Below are positions 14,501-22,934 of a stretch of 36,643 bases of DNA, piece after piece. Positions within the stretch are counted from its first letter, which is position 1. The number at the start of each line of letters is the position of its first letter. Both the position numbers and the translations under genes were made by a program. The DNA comes from Planctomycetota bacterium (lineage in GTDB: Bacteria; Planctomycetota; SZUA-567; H5-PLA8). The stretch is taken from contig JBEKKG010000001.1 in the NCBI GenBank assembly GCA_050010835.1, positions 1 to 36,643 on the forward strand. Direction: 5' to 3'. The notes below the pieces were generated by a model. The model had not been told where the DNA came from. It searched no databases and saw nothing but the letters and a program-made list of their open reading frames with translations.

Positions 14501-17484
14501 ACAGTGTTCCCTATCCAGATCTAAAGGTCTACGCCGCGTCGGAAGACTGCTATCTTCGCTTTTTCAACGAACTGGAAATGCAAGGTTCACCAAGGCCTGA
14601 AGATATACTGGCCCATATTGACCATCTCCGTAACCGTGTCCTGGCGATGGGCGTGGATGTACCAAAGGCCATGTTGTCAATTCTGGCCCATCTTGTGGAG
14701 CGGTGGAACCACTATGATGCTTCGACAATTACGGACAAACAGGGCAATCGAGTGTTATTCGTTGACGCGTTGAAACGGCGGGAATGGCTGCCGGCCCAAC
14801 GGGACATGAAGAGACTGGAGAACTACTATGCGGCAGCCGAACCGCCGCGGCTACTGTGTCGGGCAGATGAATTGTACCCAGTACGTCTCGGCCACTTGGT
14901 GGCCAGTCAGGCACCAATTGCAGACTTCCCCGAGCCAATGCGAGCGGTAAGAGACGCATTGGGTTTCCCCAAGACGGTCCCCATTGAAATTCTCTTGAAG
15001 CATTTTGACCGCGTACTTGAGGTGTTCGAGGCCTCTGACAAGAGCGATGCCTCATTGAAGAGCTTGCGAAAGACTATAATCGGCATCTATGAGGAGATTG
15101 GCAGGCGCTATGTGGCAAGACAAAGGCCGGAAGGCAGTGCGGACGGTAATTCTGAAGGGGATGACGGCGAGGACTCCCCCGGCCCCGAGTTCCAAGTTGA
15201 TGCATTACGAACACGCTATGCGACCCGCCGCTGTCTCTGGGACGACAAGTCAAGAAGGTTTTGGGAGCCGCAGAAGACCTACCAGTGCCCAGTTCACTTT
15301 TTGCATCCCTTTCGGCAGCAAATCCTGATCAAAACGCCGCAGGCGGCGGATCAAGGTCTGGCTGCCCTTGGCCGCAGAGATGAACCATCGCTGGCAGACC
15401 TGATTTGTTGTCTCCGCGAGCATTCCGAGGCGGCTGCAGGCAAACCAGTCGCTGAGGACACCATTGCTGCCATTCTCAAGATATATGACCGAATCGGGCG
15501 ATTACTGCAGGACGGTGCCTCCTCAGAGCAGCCTTGCATCGCCAGAACGCCGGTCTTGACAACCTGTAATTGCATGGTTGCGGCGGACGCGGTTTTCGAA
15601 CAAGATACTTTACGGTTTGAAGGGGCGTTCCCTGACAGCCAATTCCACTTGGTACACCAGCGAGTGGATCCAGGGTTCATCAGGGCAGCGAAGATTTGCA
15701 GGCTCTCCCGTGCGGTCATAGAGCATCTAGCCCAAGAGCCAGTACCCCTTGGGGAAGGGATGCTTGTTAATGCTTGTCGTAACTATACGCTGGCTTTGAG
15801 AACGTGCGAGTTCAGCAAAGGCATACAGCGGTTAATCCAGGCAGAACACGGACGGGACTGCATTGTGGATCTTTCATGGCTCAAGAGCGTCGTTGTCAGA
15901 GCTGTCAGCGAGATACATACTACATTAACGCTACAACGACCAGATGGGCAAGTCCTGAGTGGCGCCACCGTTTCAGAAGTTTTCGTCGAGAAGAACGGAA
16001 ATATTATCTACGTTGCTGACGAGGTTGCCCTACAGCACGCCATTTACCTCGCCAAGGTCATTAACCAGCGATTGGGGCAGTACGGACTTCGTGACGGCCT
16101 GAACTTGTCCCTTATCATTGGTTTGTCACCCGAGCTGGTCGACAGAGCATTGACGAAAGCCCACGTACCTCAACTGGTGGCCTTCAACGCTGACGAGGAC
16201 AGTGAATCGGAGGAAGCGGTCGGGGACATCTACGAAGAAAATGGGGAGATCGTTAAAGCTAATGATGAGGAGCCAGGACAGGCAGCAGGTGCTATAACAA
16301 ATTCTGTTGAGGTCGGTGCGGATACAGGCACAACTGGCGCGGCCAGTTCGGTACTGCGTGCAGAGAAAGTATCGAAGCCCCCTCCTACATGTGTGTCGGG
16401 CGCCGCTTCCGGCCAGTCGGCGACCACCAAGCCGGAGGCTGCCCCAGGCACGGTCGAGAGCAAGGGATCAGTTGCAGACCAGAACGATCAAGCGCCGGCG
16501 GCGCAACCGGTCGTTCCCGAATCTGTAACTCGTGCCCGTGTCGCAGCCGAGTTCCTGGCCATGTTGAGCCGGTCGGGCAAGACAGCCGCATCTGCTACGG
16601 CTGACCACGAAGATGCGCCGGTGGGTAACCCAGACCGACGAAGGGAAAAGGTCGGCAGCGAAATTGTACAAGGCGTCGAGGAGGAGCCCAACCAGAAAGA
16701 CCGGAGCCGCGTAGTGGAGCGACACGTTTGGGAACAAAAGGACGAGAACGTGCGGCAGTCACTTTTGGCATGGTATGGCGGAAAGTGCCAAGTCTGCGGC
16801 CATACGTTCCTCAAGCGTGACGGCCTGCCCTATTTCGAGGCATTCTTGATCGTACCCCACACCGCGGCGCGCTGGGCGAGTTCCCAGCCTGGGAATGCCA
16901 TGTGCTTGTGTCCCACCTGCGGCGCCAAGTGGCTTCATGCCGCAGTAGACGCTACGGCGCTGCCAAGGCAGGTGCGAGATTTCAGGGCGATACGAGAGGG
17001 CGGCACATATCCATGGCAGGTTCACATTAAGCTCGCCGGCGAAGATGTGCGGATCACCTACTCCGAACGCCACATGCTTGACCTTCAGGCATACCTGCGC
17101 GAAGTCTTTACTGAAGAGGTAAAGAGCGACGAGGCACCGGTTGACACAAGCGTCCCACGCGAGACCGGCGTCGCTACTGGAACAGCTCCCCACCATGGCA
17201 ACCAGTCTGTGGGGGAATTGGCGGGGTACGGCGAAGAGCTTCTTCGGCGGAAGAAGCAGGCAAAATGCAGCACAGAGAAGTTCCTCCTGCTTTTGCCGGC
17301 AGCTGATCGCGAGAAAGGCCGTCAGGCCCTCATGGCCGCCCGTTTTCTTTCGTGGTGCAGGAACTTCGGCCTCGATGAGATTCGCGCGCGGATGCTTCCG
17401 CTCTCCGTTGCCATCGCTACATGCACAGGGACGGATGGCGTACCTGCCAAGGATGAACTGGAGCGGGTCATCACAGGGCCGTAA
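11566..17484 (+). CDS. Giant sacsin-like GHKL ATPase (1972 aa) with an acidic low-complexity linker and a C-terminal degenerate HNH/zinc-finger module
   Basis: IKEFIQNADDAGATAIRIILD, GRFGVGFNVAYNVTDYP and LFCFLPLPRHVHLPVHLNGFFDLDSSRDF match the sacsin repeat-region ATPase pattern. A D/E-rich linker sits near 16190-16290. The tail reads CQVCGHTF...EAFLIVPH...GNAMCLCPTCGAKWLH. Confidence 0.8.
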   Translation: MQDKGEIEEFEFGQGERLTVRLHGLIRNYPKGPGIIKEFIQNADDAGATAIRIILDGRNHRTERLTALEASLWAGPGMLVCNNAVFSQKDFEYIQMIGESSKYDTALKTGRFGVGFNVAYNVTDYPLLVSADSLICFDPHRSHPLAKKVRPGWGWKLGHKLWENYPDLLALFHAGGLQFGALSHPGTIFRLPLRTAEQARASNICSQPFTIDDFKAIVSDVAKIAGDLLLFLKHLRSLSMEVIEEQSSEPKTVLLANTSNAEEVQLARDRVNDVALGDCRQVLSTLRSHPDSAPHATYDHKISIRYSGGDREETWRVASGLYVDRRADVISAAEAILQYEGKALPWAGAAAKVELDGGLKKQMRVVPLEDGRLFCFLPLPRHVHLPVHLNGFFDLDSSRDFPTDDESCKGKDADRVKWNRCLMRHSVSQAYAALISSLATEASHIPIGYYAIWPHFEMMDGLLKEVSKATYEYLANQAVIRIRGGWKKLLGVWLPPLDKWPDLQQPLVAQGLWVPHPPIPQHVADGFKLAPVRVDVLTPRQLRDQLRVNTDLDVPFRQAPKVLLRTRKWLVTLLRFCLSDRPTDDLVGLPLALGDDGHLHTFGHSNGGLTILAGEDEKAIFRKFRHWFIDSRYAAECGLGPVPRAKIEQMEVNLVVANLYKILDPNTEKKPLREWLPGGEQAPNESWLIRLWDYLGRNKEQIASGSYELLRSFPFVPNQKGQLCTAGNALTPLVAQRDMPGKLDQALQAFDVPMVGGSTGLIEAARHLADAFINQKMISHLAGPDLADTLHAQAKAGVKQPTQYDPMVHDALLEFLADPRWEGKYTKDQLGKLSELVILPTMDGRLISARAENLFLPSGFQPPPFATGRHVLVKRNERWLLLLRMLNVRSLDAATFIREVLVPLYPILDEKGRLNALAWLQDNLTHIKRELTELNSEGASALDKVIKQARWVQCEDGQLRPPYSVYNPHSKVVRQVLGDSVPYPDLKVYAASEDCYLRFFNELEMQGSPRPEDILAHIDHLRNRVLAMGVDVPKAMLSILAHLVERWNHYDASTITDKQGNRVLFVDALKRREWLPAQRDMKRLENYYAAAEPPRLLCRADELYPVRLGHLVASQAPIADFPEPMRAVRDALGFPKTVPIEILLKHFDRVLEVFEASDKSDASLKSLRKTIIGIYEEIGRRYVARQRPEGSADGNSEGDDGEDSPGPEFQVDALRTRYATRRCLWDDKSRRFWEPQKTYQCPVHFLHPFRQQILIKTPQAADQGLAALGRRDEPSLADLICCLREHSEAAAGKPVAEDTIAAILKIYDRIGRLLQDGASSEQPCIARTPVLTTCNCMVAADAVFEQDTLRFEGAFPDSQFHLVHQRVDPGFIRAAKICRLSRAVIEHLAQEPVPLGEGMLVNACRNYTLALRTCEFSKGIQRLIQAEHGRDCIVDLSWLKSVVVRAVSEIHTTLTLQRPDGQVLSGATVSEVFVEKNGNIIYVADEVALQHAIYLAKVINQRLGQYGLRDGLNLSLIIGLSPELVDRALTKAHVPQLVAFNADEDSESEEAVGDIYEENGEIVKANDEEPGQAAGAITNSVEVGADTGTTGAASSVLRAEKVSKPPPTCVSGAASGQSATTKPEAAPGTVESKGSVADQNDQAPAAQPVVPESVTRARVAAEFLAMLSRSGKTAASATADHEDAPVGNPDRRREKVGSEIVQGVEEEPNQKDRSRVVERHVWEQKDENVRQSLLAWYGGKCQVCGHTFLKRDGLPYFEAFLIVPHTAARWASSQPGNAMCLCPTCGAKWLHAAVDATALPRQVRDFRAIREGGTYPWQVHIKLAGEDVRITYSERHMLDLQAYLREVFTEEVKSDEAPVDTSVPRETGVATGTAPHHGNQSVGELAGYGEELLRRKKQAKCSTEKFLLLLPAADREKGRQALMAARFLSWCRNFGLDEIRARMLPLSVAIATCTGTDGVPAKDELERVITGP

Positions 17485-17669
17485 GCGTTCTGTATCGGTC
17501 GAAGAATCGTGGACACAGCACTGCAATTTCATGCAGTTCTGTGGATGCTGATGATGTATGGCGTTTGCCGCACCGTTGGCACTTGTAACTTTTGTTTTTC
17601 TCTGCGTCCTCTGCGGCTCTGTCGTGAAAGCTCACGTCTTTCCCGGTAACGGTGCCTCCAACACACAGA

Positions 17670-18896
17670 TCACTTGGCCGCGACCAACTCCGCCGCCCGT
17701 GTGCCGGCCTGGGCGACGACCTTGGCCGCGGTGCTCTTGAGCTGCTCGGTAAAACGTTGCACCTGCGCCATCAAACGCATCGCCTCGCGCTCCCCATTCC
17801 TTGCGTCTTCCAGGGCTGTCAGGCACGCCCGCACGCGGCCTGCCGCCAGCTCTGCTCTTGCGTGCAGCAGCGCGTCCCGCACGGCAATGTTGTTCGCTTC
17901 CACTGCCTGGCCCAGGTTGGTCAGCACGCGGTCAGTCATGAGCTTTTCGTTGAGACCGCTGAGAGCCTGTTGTGCTTCAGCCTGAATGTCCTCAGGCAGT
18001 TGCGCGAGGTCGTGCTTGAGATCCACGTACTCGGCAGCGTCAAGCCCGGTGATGTTCTCGGTGAGCGCTCTATAGCGTGCGTACTCGGTCTCGACCTTGC
18101 GCTGGGTCTCGGCAAGGGCCTCCAAGCGTTCCAGCGCGACCGCGCGCAAGGCTGGTTGACGTGCGCCATTGTCTCTGATGGCCTGCTCCGTCTCCTCCAG
18201 TTCCGCCAGGACGGTTGCGTGATCTGCAACATCCTGCTGCGCCACATCCGTGAGCGCCTCCTGGGCTTGCTCTACCTGCTGTAGCCGCCGCCTGGCTTCT
18301 GGCGGCCGCGCCGGCAGTGTGCGCACGGCGTGCCCTACCCATGAGCCGCCGTTGCCGGCCTGGAATACCTGTGTGCTGAAGCTGTAGACCAGCCACACAA
18401 TCGCCAGCGCGTACAGCAGGCCCGGGATGAGGAAGAGTTCTTCCGCCGTGCTAAGCAGGCTCGGATCGGCCAGGCGCATCGTGCCGTAGCCTGCCACGAA
18501 CGACACCGCGGCTGTCGTGGTCCAACTGACCTCATAGAACCGCCTAAACACAGCACCCACAAGTACGCCCAGCAGCGTAAACAAGCCGACGCCAGCAATG
18601 GGGGCCAGAGCAACCAGTTGCAGGTGGCCTGCCACTGCCAGGGAGGTACTCATCAGCAGCGCCAGGCCGACAGCCACGGCCGTGCCAGGCTTGCCCAGCT
18701 TGTCCTTGAGCGGCCGGACAGTGATGCCAAGGAGGATCATGAAGAACACCGCCGCGTAAAAGACAGTGCTCCACTGGGAGCTCAGCACAAGCGTCCGCAG
18801 GGTCTCCGAGGGGTTAAGCGGCGCGGCCAAGACAGGTGGCAGCCCGGCGATTAGCAGACCCGCCAGGGTTGCGGCGCGGCGCGTTGCCGTTTTCAT
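17670..18896 (-). CDS. Polytopic membrane protein (about 5-6 hydrophobic segments in the first ~175 aa) with a ~230-aa charged helical/coiled-coil C-terminal tail
   Basis: Hydrophobic segments include AATLAGLLIAGLPPVLAA, VFYAAVFFMILLGITV, AVAVGLALLMSTSLAVAG, LAPIAGVGLFTLLGVLVGAVF and LFLIPGLLYALAIVWLVYSF. The remainder is E/A/R/Q/L-rich. Its start overlaps the upstream stop in ATGA at 18893-18896. Confidence 0.7.
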   Translation of the reverse strand: MKTATRRAATLAGLLIAGLPPVLAAPLNPSETLRTLVLSSQWSTVFYAAVFFMILLGITVRPLKDKLGKPGTAVAVGLALLMSTSLAVAGHLQLVALAPIAGVGLFTLLGVLVGAVFRRFYEVSWTTTAAVSFVAGYGTMRLADPSLLSTAEELFLIPGLLYALAIVWLVYSFSTQVFQAGNGGSWVGHAVRTLPARPPEARRRLQQVEQAQEALTDVAQQDVADHATVLAELEETEQAIRDNGARQPALRAVALERLEALAETQRKVETEYARYRALTENITGLDAAEYVDLKHDLAQLPEDIQAEAQQALSGLNEKLMTDRVLTNLGQAVEANNIAVRDALLHARAELAAGRVRACLTALEDARNGEREAMRLMAQVQRFTEQLKSTAAKVVAQAGTRAAELVAAK

Positions 18897-19510
18897 CGCC
18901 TGCCTCGTGCACTCGCATGTGTGAGACTGATGCGCGTGACGATCCGGCTGCGTTCCTGCTGGTAGCCCGCCACCATGCCGGCGATCTCGACCGAAAGCTC
19001 CCGTGCTTCCTGCTCCAGTTTCTTTAGCAGCGTCAATTGCTTGCGGGAGCCACGAACGCGCCCCTGGCTCAGCAGCATGAGTGCTGCAACTATCGCTTCC
19101 GTGAATGCCTTGGTGTTCGCCACCACTCGTTGTTTCAACCTGCGCGTCCGTATACCAGGGAGAAGCCGACGCAGTGCCGCAGCCAGTTCTCTGCGGATAG
19201 CTGCCTGTGTTCCGGCGGGCAATGAGGTCGCGCCCTGACGCGCTGCTTTGCGGGTGGTCGCGCCCGTGTCTGGCTGGCGGCTCAGCGCAAGCAAGACTTG
19301 GAGGTCCCGCTCAACCGCGCGCTTGCTCGGGACCAGGCGGCACAGAGCCGGGCTGGCCAGCACAAATGCCCGTGTGGGGCGAGATTCGTTTCGTGCGAGG
19401 ACGCGGGCGATCTCGTGCAAGCGTGCCAGCACCGAGGTGCTTTCCAAGTGCGTGTGCAGTGGCGGCGGGCCTGTCTTGGTGCGTGAATCGAGTGTGGGTT
19501 TCCGTAGCAT
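18893..19510 (-). CDS. Hypothetical Arg-rich helical protein
   Basis: A 205-aa ORF translationally coupled (ATGA) to the membrane protein gene. Third codon positions are mostly G/C. I see no motif and no obvious RBS. Confidence 0.5.
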   Translation of the reverse strand: MLRKPTLDSRTKTGPPPLHTHLESTSVLARLHEIARVLARNESRPTRAFVLASPALCRLVPSKRAVERDLQVLLALSRQPDTGATTRKAARQGATSLPAGTQAAIRRELAAALRRLLPGIRTRRLKQRVVANTKAFTEAIVAALMLLSQGRVRGSRKQLTLLKKLEQEARELSVEIAGMVAGYQQERSRIVTRISLTHASARGRR

Positions 19511-19604
19511 GGTTGCCGATAGCGGATAGTGGCATCCTGTTTATCAATCTTTGCTGTCACTCCCAAGTCGTCGCTGGCACTCGCCACGACACGGGGACAG
19601 CGCG

Positions 19605-21107
19605 CTACCATGTCGGCAGGCCATACTGCTTTTTCAGGGTGTTGTAGCAGGCGAAGGCGTCCTTCCGGGCCGCCCGCGTCGCCCGTTCCTCCGCTTCGCG
19701 GGCCGCAGCCTGGACGGTCTTGCGGCTGCGCCATTGCCACACCGCTCGCGCTTTTGCGATGATGCCCACGGCGCGGCCAAGCGCCCGCTGTAGGCCATCT
19801 GGCGGTGCCGCAATGGTGGGCTGGGGCTTGCGCAGAAAGGCCGTTATGCCGAGCTCCCGCAGGTAGACCATAAGATCCTGCTCGACGGCAAGAAGCTGCT
19901 GCCACAGGTCGCCGCTGACCTCTTCAAACAGCGCCACATCATCTCCCTGCCGGTAAGCTATGTAGTGCTCAATGTCCTCATCGGTCCAGCAATAGGCACG
20001 GTACTGAACGATAACCCGCTCGGGCACCGGCGCCCGCTCACGCGCGTTTGCCTGTGCACGCCCGAGACACTGTATGCTCACCAGCACCACAGCGTATGGC
20101 CCGCGCGCCGAAACCAGCTTTCTGGCGAGCAGGTCCACCGCGCGCAAACGGACCTCAAATGTGCCCGGGAGCTCCGGCAGGTCGAGCTGGCCAAGCGAGA
20201 GGTTTTGACGCCGTAGCGCGCGCAAGCTAGTGGTGAGTGACGCCAACTGCAGCCGCGCCTCACTGTGGTATGTCCGCACGCTCTGCAACAGCAATCCGCG
20301 CCGCTTGCCCAGTTCACGCCACGTCGCATCCTTCCATCCGTAGTAGCGCGTGAGCTTCTGGATGAGCACGTCCTGCAGTCTCGCGCTGACCGGCAAGTCT
20401 CGCACGGACTGCGCCAGCGCGGCATTACACGCCGGCGCCTCCCGCACCCAGGCGCCCGGAACGCCGGTCCCCAGCGGCAGCCGGCGCAGACCAAAGAACA
20501 TGTCAGGCAAGTCAGACGCGTTCAGTTGGTGCGCCACCGCAAAGAGGCCATTGGGGTTCACCGCGCCGCCCTCCACCACCTGCACCCACCGGCTCTTGAG
20601 ACCCGCGTCCGCCTGCGCGCCGGCATCACCCTCTTGCTCGCTCTCCACGTACTGCGCCATGCGCCGATCAACTTCGTGCAGCTCCTGCGCGATCTTTGCG
20701 AGCGTCAACGCAGCTTGCTGCAACCAGGTCACCTGCTGCGCCACGCGATCTTCCGCCGACGCGCGCTGCTGGAAAACTGCGTCAAACCCGCTGCTCTGCG
20801 CTGCAACAGCGGTGTTGTCGCTGATCGTCCTGAACTGGTAACCAAGATCACGCAGCATGCTCTCGATACCGGCCTGCACACCCGCCCCCAACACGCCAAA
20901 GCCCATGTACTCAATGGTGCGCGTGAATCCGAGCGGCTTCGGGAAGTCAGTCTCAACGACCTGCCCTAGCGCCACCTCAAAGAGGTCCCTGGCGTGCCCC
21001 ACTTCGATGCCGAACCGCTGCGCGTACCAGGCGAAATAGTCCTGCGCGTTGTCCGTACCAGCGGCGGCTGTCGTTACGGCCATGATGCCGCATGAAAGGG
21101 TACGCAT
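19605..21107 (-). CDS. Hypothetical 500-aa protein (no recognisable family)
   Basis: It is the longest ORF in the region and has coding-like third-position G/C bias. No P-loop or other catalytic motif was found. An alternative start is ATG 21083. Confidence 0.6.
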   Translation of the reverse strand: MRTLSCGIMAVTTAAAGTDNAQDYFAWYAQRFGIEVGHARDLFEVALGQVVETDFPKPLGFTRTIEYMGFGVLGAGVQAGIESMLRDLGYQFRTISDNTAVAAQSSGFDAVFQQRASAEDRVAQQVTWLQQAALTLAKIAQELHEVDRRMAQYVESEQEGDAGAQADAGLKSRWVQVVEGGAVNPNGLFAVAHQLNASDLPDMFFGLRRLPLGTGVPGAWVREAPACNAALAQSVRDLPVSARLQDVLIQKLTRYYGWKDATWRELGKRRGLLLQSVRTYHSEARLQLASLTTSLRALRRQNLSLGQLDLPELPGTFEVRLRAVDLLARKLVSARGPYAVVLVSIQCLGRAQANARERAPVPERVIVQYRAYCWTDEDIEHYIAYRQGDDVALFEEVSGDLWQQLLAVEQDLMVYLRELGITAFLRKPQPTIAAPPDGLQRALGRAVGIIAKARAVWQWRSRKTVQAAAREAEERATRAARKDAFACYNTLKKQYGLPTW

Positions 21108-21261
21108 GTATAAATACCTGCGTGACAGGTTGCGGCTACACGCCCTGCGATTTCCATGACGTTCCTATAGAAAGCCAGAAAGGGCGCACAAGAACCATAC
21201 GGTCGGCGGTTCGCGTCTGGTTCTGGGATGCAAACATCCTGGTTCCGTGACATGCAGATCC

Positions 21262-21657
21262 TTACTTCCACTGGCACAGGGGTACGGCCCAAGCCCGCAT
21301 TCTCATCCCCACCGCGTCGTCTCCCTCCTCGAATGACAGTGTCACCTCCAGCACAAGCTGGCATATGGCATACTGCCGTTCCTCAAGATCCGGTTTCGCC
21401 CACAGCTTGTCGAACTTCTGGTACGCCTCCCGCACCACGTCCAGCGCAATCACTCGGTCACGCCAGCCCCGAAGCTTCAGCGTCGGGCCGGAAAGTCCCG
21501 CTCGCAGAGACTTCTGTTCTTCGTCGAGCTCCGGTAGACGCCGTTTGATGCCTGCCACGTCCACGGGCGAGCGCACTTGAAATGCTTCGAACGGCACCGC
21601 GCCGCCAAGCCTGTCTCCGAGTTCCGGATGTTCAAAGGGTTCTGTCATTGTTATCAC
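21262..21657 (-). CDS. Small hypothetical protein; N-terminus paralogous to ORF 6804-7193
   Basis: MTEPFEHPELGDRLGGAVP versus MTDPFEHLELEDRLGGEVP. The C-termini are unrelated. The conserved ATG is at 21648. Confidence 0.55.
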   Translation of the reverse strand: MITMTEPFEHPELGDRLGGAVPFEAFQVRSPVDVAGIKRRLPELDEEQKSLRAGLSGPTLKLRGWRDRVIALDVVREAYQKFDKLWAKPDLEERQYAICQLVLEVTLSFEEGDDAVGMRMRAWAVPLCQWK

Positions 21658-21705
21658 CAGGGAGTGGATAAGCGGCCAAGTATTTAAGCTTTGCGGAAGC
21701 GTTTG
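21596..21705. repeat. Repeat R2, copy Y
   Basis: See copy X (7132-7240). Confidence 0.75.
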
Positions 21706-22058
21706 GCCTTCCCACCAGGAAGAGCCCAGGGGTAAGGGGGAGTGGCTGGCATGGACCCCACGTACTGAATGGCTGCCATTCCGCTACTCACGCATCAGGT
21801 CAAGGCGATTTGCGTATTCCGCTTCGCCTGTTACACTTCGACGTCTGTCCTGGAGGCTCCGATGCCTAACACATTTGGCCCTTTTCGCGGCTGCACCCGC
21901 ACAGGCGGAGTAGCCATGCATACCGATGGGTTGGGCAGAATAGCGAACGTCTCTATTGCCTCCAGCAAACCACTTCTTCCAGTCTTCAGAGCGTTCATCA
22001 ACTCTGACCGAGGCGACAGGGGCTACGTCTTGCTGCCTGCCTTTTTGGGGAGGACACA

Positions 22059-22934
22059 ATGGACACCACGACATGCCTGGCTACCTTGTTTGACCAAGCA
22101 CTTTCGATTGAGCAGAAAGCGAGATACTTGATTGATTATCTGGACTGGCACGCTCGCCTCGGTGGGGCTGGGAGTTTTGGGAAAGAAGTGGCCGTGAGAG
22201 CGCTCTTTGACAGTTTGCCTTCTCGGAAAGAAAAGCAGCAGCTTGCTGCTGTGCTGGCAGAATTTAATAAGCATTGCGACCAGCAGCGCCACGCGCAGCG
22301 CGCCCAGGCTAGAGCATCCATTGCCAGATTGAACGATGTACCAGTGGGCACATGGATCGTGGTCAAGAATGGCTCTCGAGAGGACGTAGTGTGTCTGATT
22401 GAAGTGCGCCGAACCCGTTTTATTTGTGAGTTCCCTGATGGTAGACGCGCAACTGCTCCGACGCAGGTCTTTGTTCGTGTCCATGATGGAGCACCTCCTG
22501 TGCGGTTGCCCAACAAGGAACGACAACAGCGCGAACTGGTGCGTGGGCTTGCGGGCAAGGATCCCATGGGGGCTACGGAAGATATCTTTGAGCAAGGGCC
22601 TGAAATATTGGCAATCCTCCTCGAGGAGCTTGGGGCCGCCATGGACCGCGTGGACAAAGCTCCTGTCGGAATGAACCGCGGAGTTAATCGCGACAGTGTT
22701 CCTTTTGGAAAGAAAGTCAACCAGATAGACCGGACATTGGTGAAACGCATACCCAAGGTAGTCGCTCTTATGGCCAGAAGTTACGACATTTGGCAGCAGA
22801 TTGCACAATATCCTAACCCAAGGGTTCAAGAGAAGTGCCGTGCGACAATGGGTGGGCCGAACAACGGGCTTTGCACTGATCCTTCGTGTTCCAATGGTGG
22901 GGAAAACAGTGACACGAGAGAAACTGTCGAATAG
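22059..22934 (+). CDS. Hypothetical protein (orphan)
   Basis: GGGGAGGA precedes ATG 22059, and the sequence looks lower in G+C than its flanks. A beta-rich stretch is VGTWIVVKNGSREDVVCLIEVRRTRFICEFPDGRRATAPTQVFVRV. The antisense ORF 22023-22940 is judged a shadow. Confidence 0.5.
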   Translation: MDTTTCLATLFDQALSIEQKARYLIDYLDWHARLGGAGSFGKEVAVRALFDSLPSRKEKQQLAAVLAEFNKHCDQQRHAQRAQARASIARLNDVPVGTWIVVKNGSREDVVCLIEVRRTRFICEFPDGRRATAPTQVFVRVHDGAPPVRLPNKERQQRELVRGLAGKDPMGATEDIFEQGPEILAILLEELGAAMDRVDKAPVGMNRGVNRDSVPFGKKVNQIDRTLVKRIPKVVALMARSYDIWQQIAQYPNPRVQEKCRATMGGPNNGLCTDPSCSNGGENSDTRETVE

